Shown: positions 8,142-16,717 of the stretch, in pieces | How positions within the stretch are numbered: the first letter of the stretch is position 1 | How the letters are laid out: the number at the start of each line of letters is the position of its first letter | Sequence record: NC_048054.1 | Direction: 5' to 3' (one strand) | DNA: 64,000 nt | Position numbers and translations under genes: made by a program | The notes under the pieces: model-generated | The model's input: the letters and a program-made list of their open reading frames with translations, nothing else | The model's database searches: none | Told to the model about the DNA's origin: nothing

Positions 8142-9191
8142 GTGTATTTGACCATGAACAATAAGTCGAATCTCACAGGCGGTCAGATAGAAAGCGTCAT
8201 GGACACCATGCTTCACGACTGCCTCCGTGAGATTGTTGAGAACACGAACGTATTCGATGTGCAACTGACCTACCTGTTGAACATGATTACGTCTAATAAG
8301 AAGCGAAAGCCGTATAACGCCGAGACGCGTGACCGTGCGATTAGCCTTCTGATTAAGGCGCTCTCTGTGCCTCGTGATCAGAAAATGATTTATATCCAGG
8401 AACTGAAAATGGAGCGCAACTTCATCTACGTCTTCCTGGAAAATGTAATTAAGCGATACTACGCGACGTATGTTGATCTCTATCGCGGATTCATTTCGAC
8501 GCAAGACCCAATCAAGCGCGAAGCGTATTCGAAACGATTGAACGCATACGTGAAGATGTTTGGTGCAGAGTCTCGCTCCAAACTCTTTATCGCGTTGTGT
8601 CGCCTGAACGACCTTCTACCGCAGTTTATGGAATACTTCCACTCGGTAGTTGCTGACTTCTATAGACTATGCAGCAAGCAAACAAAATTCTACGTTGATA
8701 CGAACCGCGGTAAGCTGTATGACAGCAAAGACGTGCGCCAGAACTTCCTGCGTAACGTCATCGTGGCTATCAACAAGTATGACTCGTCGCGTGGTGCGAT
8801 TGTTAGTTATACGAAGTGGTGGATCTTGAACGCCCAGACCTGTAGTAGTAGCGAGCACGAATACGGCATCGCGTACACTATTCCCCAGACTCAACGTAAG
8901 AAACTGGCGACAGGTGAAGATACCACTTCTCTGAATTTCTCGGTAAGTCTCGATACTCCTGCGAATGAATCTGATGAAGGTGCGGACGCGTCCCTACATC
9001 AAAAAGTGAGTGACCATCATCACTTAGAAGATCACGTAGATAGTGAAAGACGTACCGAAAAATTGAGGCTGCTTATTAAGCGCGTAGACCCACTCGGCGT
9101 TGCTCGTCTAACGATGGACGTTGGTGAGGAGTTCGATAAATTCGAACTTGAGCAGATGCGCAAACATATGCAGGCTCAAGGGCTAGCCTAA
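8142..9191 (+). CDS. Phage RNA polymerase sigma70-family factor (regions 2-3; region 4.2 HTH not evident); start 8142 or 8154
   Basis: RL...K.Y...NRG...DVRQ...AINKYDSSRG..VSYTKWWILNA matches sigma70 region 2; VSLDTP resembles region 3.2. Confidence 0.8.
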   Translation: MYLTMNNKSNLTGGQIESVMDTMLHDCLREIVENTNVFDVQLTYLLNMITSNKKRKPYNAETRDRAISLLIKALSVPRDQKMIYIQELKMERNFIYVFLENVIKRYYATYVDLYRGFISTQDPIKREAYSKRLNAYVKMFGAESRSKLFIALCRLNDLLPQFMEYFHSVVADFYRLCSKQTKFYVDTNRGKLYDSKDVRQNFLRNVIVAINKYDSSRGAIVSYTKWWILNAQTCSSSEHEYGIAYTIPQTQRKKLATGEDTTSLNFSVSLDTPANESDEGADASLHQKVSDHHHLEDHVDSERRTEKLRLLIKRVDPLGVARLTMDVGEEFDKFELEQMRKHMQAQGLA

Positions 9192-9193
9192 AA

Positions 9194-9202
9194 CTGTAAA
9201 CA
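9194..9202 (+). promoter_or_regulatory. CTGTAAACA motif upstream of the SSB-like gene
   Basis: Intergenic copy 40 nt before ATG. Confidence 0.45.
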
Positions 9203-9241
9203 ATGCTCACACAAGAGCAAACTCAATATTGAGGAACAACA

Positions 9242-10516
9242 ATGGCACGTGGATTTGGTGACATTCAAGACAACAGCAAGCGCGATAGCTTGCGTGAGTC
9301 AGAGATCTTTGAAATCTTCCCTCTTTCGAAGAAAGCAAACGGCAACTGGGTATCAATTCGTCTGCTGGACCTTGACCTGCTTCCAATCAAGAAGCACTGG
9401 ATCAAGATCATGGGCGGCAAAGATAAAGACAAAGAGATCAAAATCCCGCGCATGTGCGTTAGCTTCGACCCGGACAATCAGAACAAACCTCTGAACGGTA
9501 TGAAGTGTCCGTACTGTGGTATCGCTCACGGTAACGATGAATCTGGTGCGCCAGCGCAGTACGACTATAAGTGGTACGCACAGGCAATCATTCGTGACGA
9601 GCAAGCTGCTGCGCCGCGTAAAATGCCGAAGCTCACTAAGAATGAGCAGAAGACCGGCAAGAAAGAAATGGGCAGCGAGTCTTGGACTCCTGTGCAGTGT
9701 ATTCCACTGTCTAACTCTCTGGCAGGCAAAATCCGCGAGCTGGGTGAACGTAACATTCACACGGTCAAAGATAAGAAGTCTGGCAAGAAGTCCAAGCAAG
9801 CGTTCCAGGTTAACCATCCGAAGTATGGCTGCGATATTGAAATCAAATACAATGCCAAAAAATCTCCGGCAGAGCGTTACACCATCGAGCGCGGTGATCA
9901 CACTCCGCTGACCGAAGAAGAAAAGGGTTACCTGACCTGGGACTTCGACAACTGGAACGAAATCTACGACATGCTCGGCCGTCTGAACGAAGAAGCTGCT
10001 ATGGCTGACTTCAAAAAGATGGACGTTGTCGGCGTTAACACCAACGATGATGGTGATGACGATGAAGACGATGACGACGACATGGCGCTGGGCCGCAAGA
10101 AGAAAGGCGGCAAGGCAGACAAGAAAAAGCGTCGCAACGATGACGATGATGACGACGAAGACGATGATGACGACGATGATGAAGATGATCGTCCGTCCAA
10201 GTCCAAGAAGTCAAAGCCGTCTAAGTCTCGTAAGCTGTTAGACGATGACGAAGATGACGACGACGAGGATGATGACGATGAAGACGATCGTCCATCCAAG
10301 AAAAAGAAATCTTCGAAGGAGAAAAAGTCCTCGAAGGTTAAGTCGAAGAAGTCTAAGAAGTCGGACGATGATGACGACGACGAAGACGAGTCACCTAAGA
10401 AGAAGAAAAAGAAATCTTCTGACAAGGTGAAATCATCCGATAAGAAGAAAAAGAAAAAGTCTTCTGATGACGATGACGACGACGCGCCGAAGAAGAAAAA
10501 GAAAAAGAAAAAGTAA
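9242..10516 (+). CDS. Putative single-stranded DNA-binding protein (gp32-like) with alternating poly-D/poly-K tail
   Basis: Globular N-domain with HW, MC...CPYC and CDIEIKY features; lies between sigma and recA; about 155-aa D/K tail. Confidence 0.6.
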   Translation: MARGFGDIQDNSKRDSLRESEIFEIFPLSKKANGNWVSIRLLDLDLLPIKKHWIKIMGGKDKDKEIKIPRMCVSFDPDNQNKPLNGMKCPYCGIAHGNDESGAPAQYDYKWYAQAIIRDEQAAAPRKMPKLTKNEQKTGKKEMGSESWTPVQCIPLSNSLAGKIRELGERNIHTVKDKKSGKKSKQAFQVNHPKYGCDIEIKYNAKKSPAERYTIERGDHTPLTEEEKGYLTWDFDNWNEIYDMLGRLNEEAAMADFKKMDVVGVNTNDDGDDDEDDDDDMALGRKKKGGKADKKKRRNDDDDDDEDDDDDDDEDDRPSKSKKSKPSKSRKLLDDDEDDDDEDDDDEDDRPSKKKKSSKEKKSSKVKSKKSKKSDDDDDDEDESPKKKKKKSSDKVKSSDKKKKKKSSDDDDDDAPKKKKKKKK

Positions 10517-10524
10517 TCGGTAAC

Positions 10525-10553
10525 GGGGTAGCTTAGGCTGCCCCTTCTTTTCT
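10525..10553 (+). terminator. Intrinsic terminator
   Basis: GGGGTAGC-TTAG-GCTGCCCC then TTCTTTTCT. Confidence 0.8.
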
Positions 10554-10573
10554 CAATCTGGACTATAGCACAT

Positions 10574-13099
10574 ATGTCTAAAGCGAATCGCATTAAGGCC
10601 GAACGTGAGGCCGAAGGTAAAACGAAGGGCAAAGCAAAGAAAGGTAAAGCAGTCGCTGCTGATGATGTTGGTGGCGTAGAAGTGCTTGGCTTTGACCTGG
10701 CTAGTTTGATGGACGATGTTCTTGACGGCATCGAAAAGAAAACGAAAGTAAGTTCGCAGGATGCAGCGCGCCACGCACCTCGCATCTCAACTGGTTGTCT
10801 CGCACTCGACATGTTCCTGTCTGGCGGTATTGTGCCTGGCGGATGGTATACGTTTAGCGGCGGTGAGCAGTCCTGTAAGTCAACAATGACCATGAGTATT
10901 ATGGCGAGCCTGATTCGTCTGCATTACTCTGGCATTAGCGTAGTGTTTGACTACGAAGGTTCAACCGATGCAGAGTACGTTGCTGGTCAGTTGAAAACGT
11001 TCGGCGTTCGCGTTGATCCGAAGACTATCTTTGGTGTGCGTGATGACGAAGACGGCAGCTGGATCGTTAAGCCTAAGATCCGTTACTATGCACCAGACAA
11101 CGGTGAGCGCTTCTTCGATTATATGTCGATGCTGCGTCGTCGTCTGCCTGACAAGATCGTTGAGAAAGACGGCTCCGCGTATTACATCTTTGAGAACAAC
11201 AAAGAGAACGCGAAGAAGCTGGCTGGTAAGTACGATAAGAAATGGTTTAGCCGTAACAACCAGTTCAAAGTACCTGCACCAGACGGTCACATGCAGGCGA
11301 TGGTTATCGTTGACTCCTATCCTGCAATGATGCCGGATCAAGTCGATGATGACGAAGGCTCGAAAGCAATGGCGCTACAAGCGCGTATGTTCTCTGACGG
11401 CATTAAACGTTTCCGTGGTGGTATGCGTCGTAAGATGATGACCATCGTTGGCGTTAACCAGTTACGTCAGAAGCCTGCTGTTATGTTCGGCTCACCTGAG
11501 TATGAGCCTGGCGGCGACGCGTTGAAGTTCTACTGCTTCGACCGCGATACTCAGATTCGTACTGATCACGGTGTGCTGACTGCGCCGCAGATCAAAGAGC
11601 TGATCGATGCAGGTACGGAAGTCATGGTCGAATCATTCGACGGCTTCCAGAAAATCAATGGTGCGTGGAAAGTAGATGACGCTCCGTTCCCGATCGAACT
11701 GAACGCTGGTGGCCATGCGTATATCGGTAGCGCCGAGCACCGTCAGTTCACCTTCATGTACGACACGACTGCTGATGGTATGGCGGTGCTGCGCCCTGAG
11801 TGGAACACACTCAACCAGCTTGCTCAATACCCAGAGCAGAAAGGCCAGTACGCAGGTCTGCGCGTACCGCCTGTGAAAGAACTGAAAGCGAACGTGCCTG
11901 ACGCGTTTGATGAAGCAAGCCAGCTCGTTCGTAACCTGCTCGGTAACGCTGACTTCAAGAGCGTACAATTGCCTCTGGCCGTTGCTGGCGATACCACGTT
12001 TGCTGCGAACGTACTGACTACCGATATGATTGGTGATCAGGACGATGTTCACACGTTCTCTCTGTGGGCACGTCACCTGCTGTCTATCGGTATCTATGCT
12101 TACGCAGACGAAAGCGGCCTGCATATTCCAGGTCTGAACTACCACGAGCTGGAAGCGGCTGTAGCGCAAGACGAACTCGGTGCGTTTGCTGGTATCAGCT
12201 TCGAGGCCACCAGCCGTCAACGTCAGACTCAGATGCTGACTGTGATCGCTGATGTGTTCCCTGAACTGACCCGCTATGTGCTGGACTATCAGTTGCAGAC
12301 TGGTCAGGATAAAATCTATCTGGCGCCAGAGCAGGACTTCGCACAGGCTCTCGACCTGATTCTGCATAAGCAGATTGAAGGCTACGATGACCAGTACGAT
12401 CTGCTGATGCAGCAACTGGCGTACATCGACGACTGGTACAACTTCGATAACTCTATCGTTCCTGTTCCGTTCACGCTGAAAGCTCTGGTCAATCCTGTGG
12501 AGTTCTGGGATGTGAACGTCGAAGAAACGTCTGTTGTGATCACTAACGGTTTCGTTAGTCACAACTCTGACGTTCGTGTTCGTCTGGCTTCTCGTGCTGT
12601 GCCTCAGGGCTGGCCGACAATGAAAGACGCACCAGGTATCGTTGGTGAGAAGTCTGTAACTGTTGAAGGTGGTACTGACCGCTATCGTTTCATTGCAGCC
12701 AAGACCATCAAGAACAAGATGGGTGGCATCCCGAACCAGCAGACTTGGTTACGTCTGTGGGAAGCTGACGGCAACGGTGAAGCGCGCGGCTTCGACCCAG
12801 TGTTCGATACATGGCATTACCTGAAAACTCTCGGCCTGATCAATGGTACTCGTAAGAGCTTCAAGATCAAAGCGCCGTGCCCGCTTGCATCTGATGTTAA
12901 GATGGATTGGGATGACTTCCGTACTCTTATCAACGGCAGCAAAGAACAAGTTGTCGGTGTGTGTAAGAAACTGAAAGTCAAACCTGCTGGCCTGCGTCTG
13001 TGGTGCTTCAAGTTCGTGCAGTCTGCAAAAGGCAACGAGATGTTGAAGAACGCTATCAGTAAGTCTGCGAAGACTTCTGATGACGATGACGACGAGTAA
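10574..13099 (+). CDS. recA: RecA/UvsX-like recombinase interrupted by an intein
   Basis: ISTGCLALD, Walker A variant GGEQSCKST, Walker B VIVDS, ALQARMFS, NQLR.K..VMFGSPE..PGG.ALKFY|SDVR. Confidence 0.93.
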   Translation: MSKANRIKAEREAEGKTKGKAKKGKAVAADDVGGVEVLGFDLASLMDDVLDGIEKKTKVSSQDAARHAPRISTGCLALDMFLSGGIVPGGWYTFSGGEQSCKSTMTMSIMASLIRLHYSGISVVFDYEGSTDAEYVAGQLKTFGVRVDPKTIFGVRDDEDGSWIVKPKIRYYAPDNGERFFDYMSMLRRRLPDKIVEKDGSAYYIFENNKENAKKLAGKYDKKWFSRNNQFKVPAPDGHMQAMVIVDSYPAMMPDQVDDDEGSKAMALQARMFSDGIKRFRGGMRRKMMTIVGVNQLRQKPAVMFGSPEYEPGGDALKFYCFDRDTQIRTDHGVLTAPQIKELIDAGTEVMVESFDGFQKINGAWKVDDAPFPIELNAGGHAYIGSAEHRQFTFMYDTTADGMAVLRPEWNTLNQLAQYPEQKGQYAGLRVPPVKELKANVPDAFDEASQLVRNLLGNADFKSVQLPLAVAGDTTFAANVLTTDMIGDQDDVHTFSLWARHLLSIGIYAYADESGLHIPGLNYHELEAAVAQDELGAFAGISFEATSRQRQTQMLTVIADVFPELTRYVLDYQLQTGQDKIYLAPEQDFAQALDLILHKQIEGYDDQYDLLMQQLAYIDDWYNFDNSIVPVPFTLKALVNPVEFWDVNVEETSVVITNGFVSHNSDVRVRLASRAVPQGWPTMKDAPGIVGEKSVTVEGGTDRYRFIAAKTIKNKMGGIPNQQTWLRLWEADGNGEARGFDPVFDTWHYLKTLGLINGTRKSFKIKAPCPLASDVKMDWDDFRTLINGSKEQVVGVCKKLKVKPAGLRLWCFKFVQSAKGNEMLKNAISKSAKTSDDDDDE
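11534..12565 (+). mobile_element. Intein (344 aa) in RecA, probably with a degenerate homing endonuclease
   Basis: Starts with Cys after ALKFY, ends VSHN before Ser; block B-like SAEH and block F-like FWDVNV; removal restores ALKFYSDVR. Confidence 0.9.
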
Positions 13100-13106
13100 T
13101 AAACGC

Positions 13107-13137
13107 GGGAGGGCTTCGGCTCTCCCTTCTTTTGTTT
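13107..13137 (+). terminator. Intrinsic terminator
   Basis: GGGAGGGC-TTCG-GCTCTCCC plus T-rich tail. Confidence 0.9.
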
Positions 13138-13148
13138 AAGGAGAACAA

Positions 13149-13568
13149 ATGCGTACTCAAATCTTTACCGCAGATATCGTTAATCTCGAAACGGTGGCGA
13201 TTGACGAAGAAGGTGTTGAAACCCGCACACCGACAATCGTGCCCAACGTCGAAGGTGAAATGACTGTTGGCGTTAACGAACTGATTGGTCTGTCGAACGG
13301 ACTGACTGAGCCTACTGACTCTGATTGCCGTCTTATCATTGTCGTGTCGCCTGATGCAGAAGGTGCTTTCCGCGCTGAAAGCATGGTCAACTACTTCGAC
13401 CCAATCGAGCGCGTAGCCGATATCGAAGCAGGTAACATCGGCACTTCATTGGGTATGCAGGTTGTTCGTGGCCTGCAGGGCGATCATCCTTATGTTGCTG
13501 TTGTCGAAGTGCGCGACGCAGACACCGTAGAGATCGTTCGCTACAATGCGTCTGTAGTAAAGCTGTAA
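13149..13568 (+). CDS. Hypothetical acidic protein
   Basis: AAGGAG RBS; 139 aa. Confidence 0.8.
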   Translation: MRTQIFTADIVNLETVAIDEEGVETRTPTIVPNVEGEMTVGVNELIGLSNGLTEPTDSDCRLIIVVSPDAEGAFRAESMVNYFDPIERVADIEAGNIGTSLGMQVVRGLQGDHPYVAVVEVRDADTVEIVRYNASVVKL

Positions 13569-13575
13569 ACCAATA

Positions 13576-13600
13576 GTGGGAGTCATACTCCCACATTTTC
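13576..13600 (+). terminator. Probable intrinsic terminator
   Basis: GTGGGAG-TCATA-CTCCCAC then ATTTTC. Confidence 0.65.
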
Positions 13601-13606
13601 TCGCTT

Positions 13607-13657
13607 GATAGGCAATGCGCCACAAGCAAACAACCTAACTCGATAGGCAATGCGCCA
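13607..13657. repeat. 16-bp perfect direct repeat GATAGGCAATGCGCCA x2, 19-bp spacer
   Basis: Copies at 13607-13622 and 13642-13657, just before the RBS of the 13668 gene. Confidence 0.85.
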
Positions 13658-13667
13658 GGAGTAATTT

Positions 13668-14369
13668 ATGAAAAAGATTCAAACTAACATCTTACCAACC
13701 GAAGCTCTGCATGGTCTTATTCACGGCTACGCGCGTCAGGCTAAACAACCAGACGCTGCAAGCAAGACGTTGTTCTACATTGACGTCACTGAGCGTGGTG
13801 CTAACGATGCACTGTACTCCATCCTTCGCCGTGATATTCCTTCAAACATCGTCGGTACTGCGTATGATTCTATTGTTAGTTTCCGTGGCCATACAGCGCC
13901 GCCACAACTTCCTATCGTACTGTCCGAAAGTTTATTCCACATAAGTTTAGAGAGACTCGCCAGTTCGCTGGCAGGCATCTTTGATGCGCTCGGTCGTACA
14001 GTACATACTAACGACACTCAAATCACTATCTACGGCGAACCAGCAATCGAGAAACTTCTGGCGATTGTTCGAGACACTCAGTTTAAGAACTTCTTGGAAG
14101 TGTGCAATCCTGAGCTTGCCTGCGGTGATTTCGATCTACAGTCCAACATCACTGTGGACAACTTTGTGTCTATGGCAATCGACCCTGATTTTGAAAAGCG
14201 TATTCCAGAGAGCCCTGGTACCACATACGCGTTTGGCCGAGACTTCATGTTCATGCACTATGAAGACCTGCACAAAGTCATTCAACTGTTGCGCAAATAT
14301 AAAAAGAATTGTACGCTGCATCCAGACTTAATGCGCTACTACTTCATGAACGTAATCTGTAAATATTGA
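13668..14369 (+). CDS. Hypothetical protein
   Basis: AGGAG RBS; 233 aa. Confidence 0.8.
   Translation: MKKIQTNILPTEALHGLIHGYARQAKQPDAASKTLFYIDVTERGANDALYSILRRDIPSNIVGTAYDSIVSFRGHTAPPQLPIVLSESLFHISLERLASSLAGIFDALGRTVHTNDTQITIYGEPAIEKLLAIVRDTQFKNFLEVCNPELACGDFDLQSNITVDNFVSMAIDPDFEKRIPESPGTTYAFGRDFMFMHYEDLHKVIQLLRKYKKNCTLHPDLMRYYFMNVICKY
14357..14365 (+). promoter_or_regulatory. CTGTAAATA motif at the 3' end of the 13668 gene
   Basis: Exact copy overlapping the last codons. Confidence 0.4.
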
Positions 14370-14417
14370 TCACCAACCGAACACAAATGCTGTGTGTAGT
14401 CTAGCCCGATTTGGGCA

Positions 14418-14450
14418 GGGGAGAGCCGGATGGCCTCCCCATTTTTTTTT
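14418..14450 (+). terminator. Intrinsic terminator
   Basis: GGGGAGAGCC-GGAT-GGCCTCCCC hairpin plus T9. Confidence 0.85.
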
Positions 14451-14473
14451 GTCTACGCCAGCAGGAGAATCGC

Positions 14474-15472
14474 ATGTCTAAATCAAAATCAACGCCACAG
14501 ACCTTCCTCGATCTATTCCTAAAGGACGTTAGAAAGTTTTTGCCTATGTTCGACAAAGGCTTAGATGCACACTTCTTAAAGTGCAAGGGAAAGCCAGGTA
14601 CTTCTGGTGTCTCATTACATCAATACCTGAAGTGGTTAAGTCCTATCGCTAAACCGCCAGAGAATGCAAGCAAACTCTCTATAGTTATCTCTGGCTACCT
14701 GCATTACTTCTGGCAGTTGTCTAAACCTAACTTCGTGTTTGAGCCTGTGCTCATGAATCACATGGCAGACTCAGATCTGCCTGAGAAAATACCTGCCGAA
14801 ATTCTGCAACGCTTACCGTACTGGTGTCAGTGGATAACATTGCCTATACATCTGGCGAGCGCTGCACAGACGATGCAGTTAGACTTTGATGGTGCGTTTG
14901 TTGGTTACACCGAAATCGACAGGCGGCCTGCGCTGATTCTTGTCGCGCCCTTTGTTGCCTCTGACGAAAGCATCAAGACAAACGGCTTCACACCTTCGGT
15001 GACGTCATATGTTTACCTTGACGAGCCTGTTGACCACCTATCATTCATGAAGAATAGTCATTTGCTGAATGTCAGTGACCGAATGCCTGACAGATTCTTT
15101 CAGGAGTTGATGTTCAGCGTATACCACTACGTGACCAAGATTGTTAATTGTGTCATGTATATCTGCTCGCAGCAACAAGCACTGTATCAAGAAGGTCATT
15201 CTCAGCCTAAGCCGCAGCGTTTAGGTAAGAGCTATCGCATCACGCCACCGAAAGATGATCGCATTATCACGGTCGGCGCCGAGATGACCAAGATTCTCAA
15301 AGACTTCGAAGCAGAAGTCGAAGCGTGTACTCGCGCTTTCAATGGGCGTAAGCCGCATATACGGAAAGCGCATTACCACCACTTCTGGACAGGACCGAAA
15401 GTAGGAGTTCGTGTTCTTGTCTGTAAGTGGTTGCCACCAAGTATTGTTCGCGGCACTATCGTAGAACAATAA
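14474..15472 (+). CDS. AcrVA2/FinQ-family-like protein
   Basis: C-terminal RKPHIRKAHYHHFWTG...KWLPP.IV and internal DLPEKIPAEILQRLPYWC match the recalled AcrVA2 pattern; 332 aa; AGGAG RBS. Confidence 0.7.
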   Translation: MSKSKSTPQTFLDLFLKDVRKFLPMFDKGLDAHFLKCKGKPGTSGVSLHQYLKWLSPIAKPPENASKLSIVISGYLHYFWQLSKPNFVFEPVLMNHMADSDLPEKIPAEILQRLPYWCQWITLPIHLASAAQTMQLDFDGAFVGYTEIDRRPALILVAPFVASDESIKTNGFTPSVTSYVYLDEPVDHLSFMKNSHLLNVSDRMPDRFFQELMFSVYHYVTKIVNCVMYICSQQQALYQEGHSQPKPQRLGKSYRITPPKDDRIITVGAEMTKILKDFEAEVEACTRAFNGRKPHIRKAHYHHFWTGPKVGVRVLVCKWLPPSIVRGTIVEQ

Positions 15473-15516
15473 CTTTATCTCAACTCCATGTATGGGCGTT
15501 ATGCCCGGAGGCTATT

Positions 15517-16284
15517 ATGAAATCTCGTGTACAACATGCGTATATCCCTGATATGGGATCGTTTGACCCTTACGTCCGCTCTCTGTGCCATATGGCGCGA
15601 GCACTGGAAAACAATGGCCTGAACTATGGCAAGTCAAAGCCTGTCGTAATCATCGGCACTTCGAAACGCGTAGTTGAAGCCTACGTTAAGCAGTTGCTCA
15701 ACACAAACAATCTACCGAACACCCTTATTTGCTTTGGCGTAGACGAGCCGCCTGTCAGCCATCGTGATTATACTTACGCTGGTGCCCATGTTGTGCTGAT
15801 GCACGACCTGACGTATGTTTGCAGCGACACAATGAACAAGGTTGCCACACGCGTTCTCGAAATCATCGACAGCCTCAAACAGAAAGAAGGTGACACTGAC
15901 CTCAAAAACAGTGAGCTGTCTTTGGTGTACTCGAACCCGCATTTGTGGTCTGCTATTCTTGACTACGGCGCCGCTTCTTTTATGAACATGGCTGGACGCA
16001 ACATTGAATACCGAAGCGGTTTGGTTTCATCTATCGGCCTCGACGCGTTAATGAAGTGCGAAAGCAACCAAGAGTACCATGAGCTTCGTGCCGAAACTAT
16101 TACGATCGGCCTGGAGTTCTTCTGTGTGCGTACGGACTACCTACTGTCTAAGGTACATAACTTGCTGTGGTCGCTCGCGTGTGATGACTGCAAGTTCAAA
16201 AAGAATCATCGCATCATCTTCCATGAAGACTTCCGTCGCCTATTCTTTGAAGAATACATCCTCAGGGACTTCAAGGGCTTTTAA
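15517..16284 (+). CDS. Hypothetical protein
   Basis: GGAGG RBS before ATG 15517. Confidence 0.75.
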   Translation: MKSRVQHAYIPDMGSFDPYVRSLCHMARALENNGLNYGKSKPVVIIGTSKRVVEAYVKQLLNTNNLPNTLICFGVDEPPVSHRDYTYAGAHVVLMHDLTYVCSDTMNKVATRVLEIIDSLKQKEGDTDLKNSELSLVYSNPHLWSAILDYGAASFMNMAGRNIEYRSGLVSSIGLDALMKCESNQEYHELRAETITIGLEFFCVRTDYLLSKVHNLLWSLACDDCKFKKNHRIIFHEDFRRLFFEEYILRDFKGF

Positions 16285-16358
16285 GAATATTCTTAGCCTG
16301 CTCTCTAATTTCTATATGTTGGCAAGTAGTGCTGACGTAGAGTTATTGGAGAAATAAC

Positions 16359-16619
16359 ATGTGCGGTCGTAGCCTTATCAGGTTGAAGTACAACGCACGG
16401 TCCTCGAACTGGTGCAATAATAAAGTAAACGCTTGTAGTAAGCGGAAGGCGACCAACGTACAATGCGAAGATTTTCTGGCAGCAACGAAAAACTGCCGCA
16501 GTGTGCAAGAGTCGTCCAGTGTTGTTTCTTTCTTTGATGGTCAAGAGCTGGTTGGTCAGGCTGTATGGCATGAGATAGAAGGCGACAATACACTTCAATT
16601 CCGGTTGCTACTTGCTTAA
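16359..16619 (+). CDS. Hypothetical protein
   Basis: GGAG RBS; followed by a terminator. Confidence 0.55.
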   Translation: MCGRSLIRLKYNARSSNWCNNKVNACSKRKATNVQCEDFLAATKNCRSVQESSSVVSFFDGQELVGQAVWHEIEGDNTLQFRLLLA

Positions 16620-16623
16620 CGAT

Positions 16624-16662
16624 AAAAGGGCTTTCAGATATTCTCTGATGGCCCTTTTCTTA
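16624..16662. terminator. Intrinsic terminator (possibly bidirectional)
   Basis: AAAAGGGC...TCAGA-TATTC-TCTGA...GCCCTTTT. Confidence 0.75.
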
Positions 16663-16717
16663 TTCTAACGCTAATTTTGACCTGTCAATACACACAAACC
16701 GAACTCGGGGTACTCAC

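Noticed and set aside
13607-13657. Mini CRISPR array
   Set aside because: Only two 16-bp repeats and a 19-bp spacer, too short for known arrays, with no cas operon (the Cas4-like gene is 10 kb away)
16305-16680. CTAATTT as a separate late-promoter motif (about 16305, 16671; similar at about 1724)
   Set aside because: Too short, too few copies, AT-rich background; cannot be supported without genome-wide data
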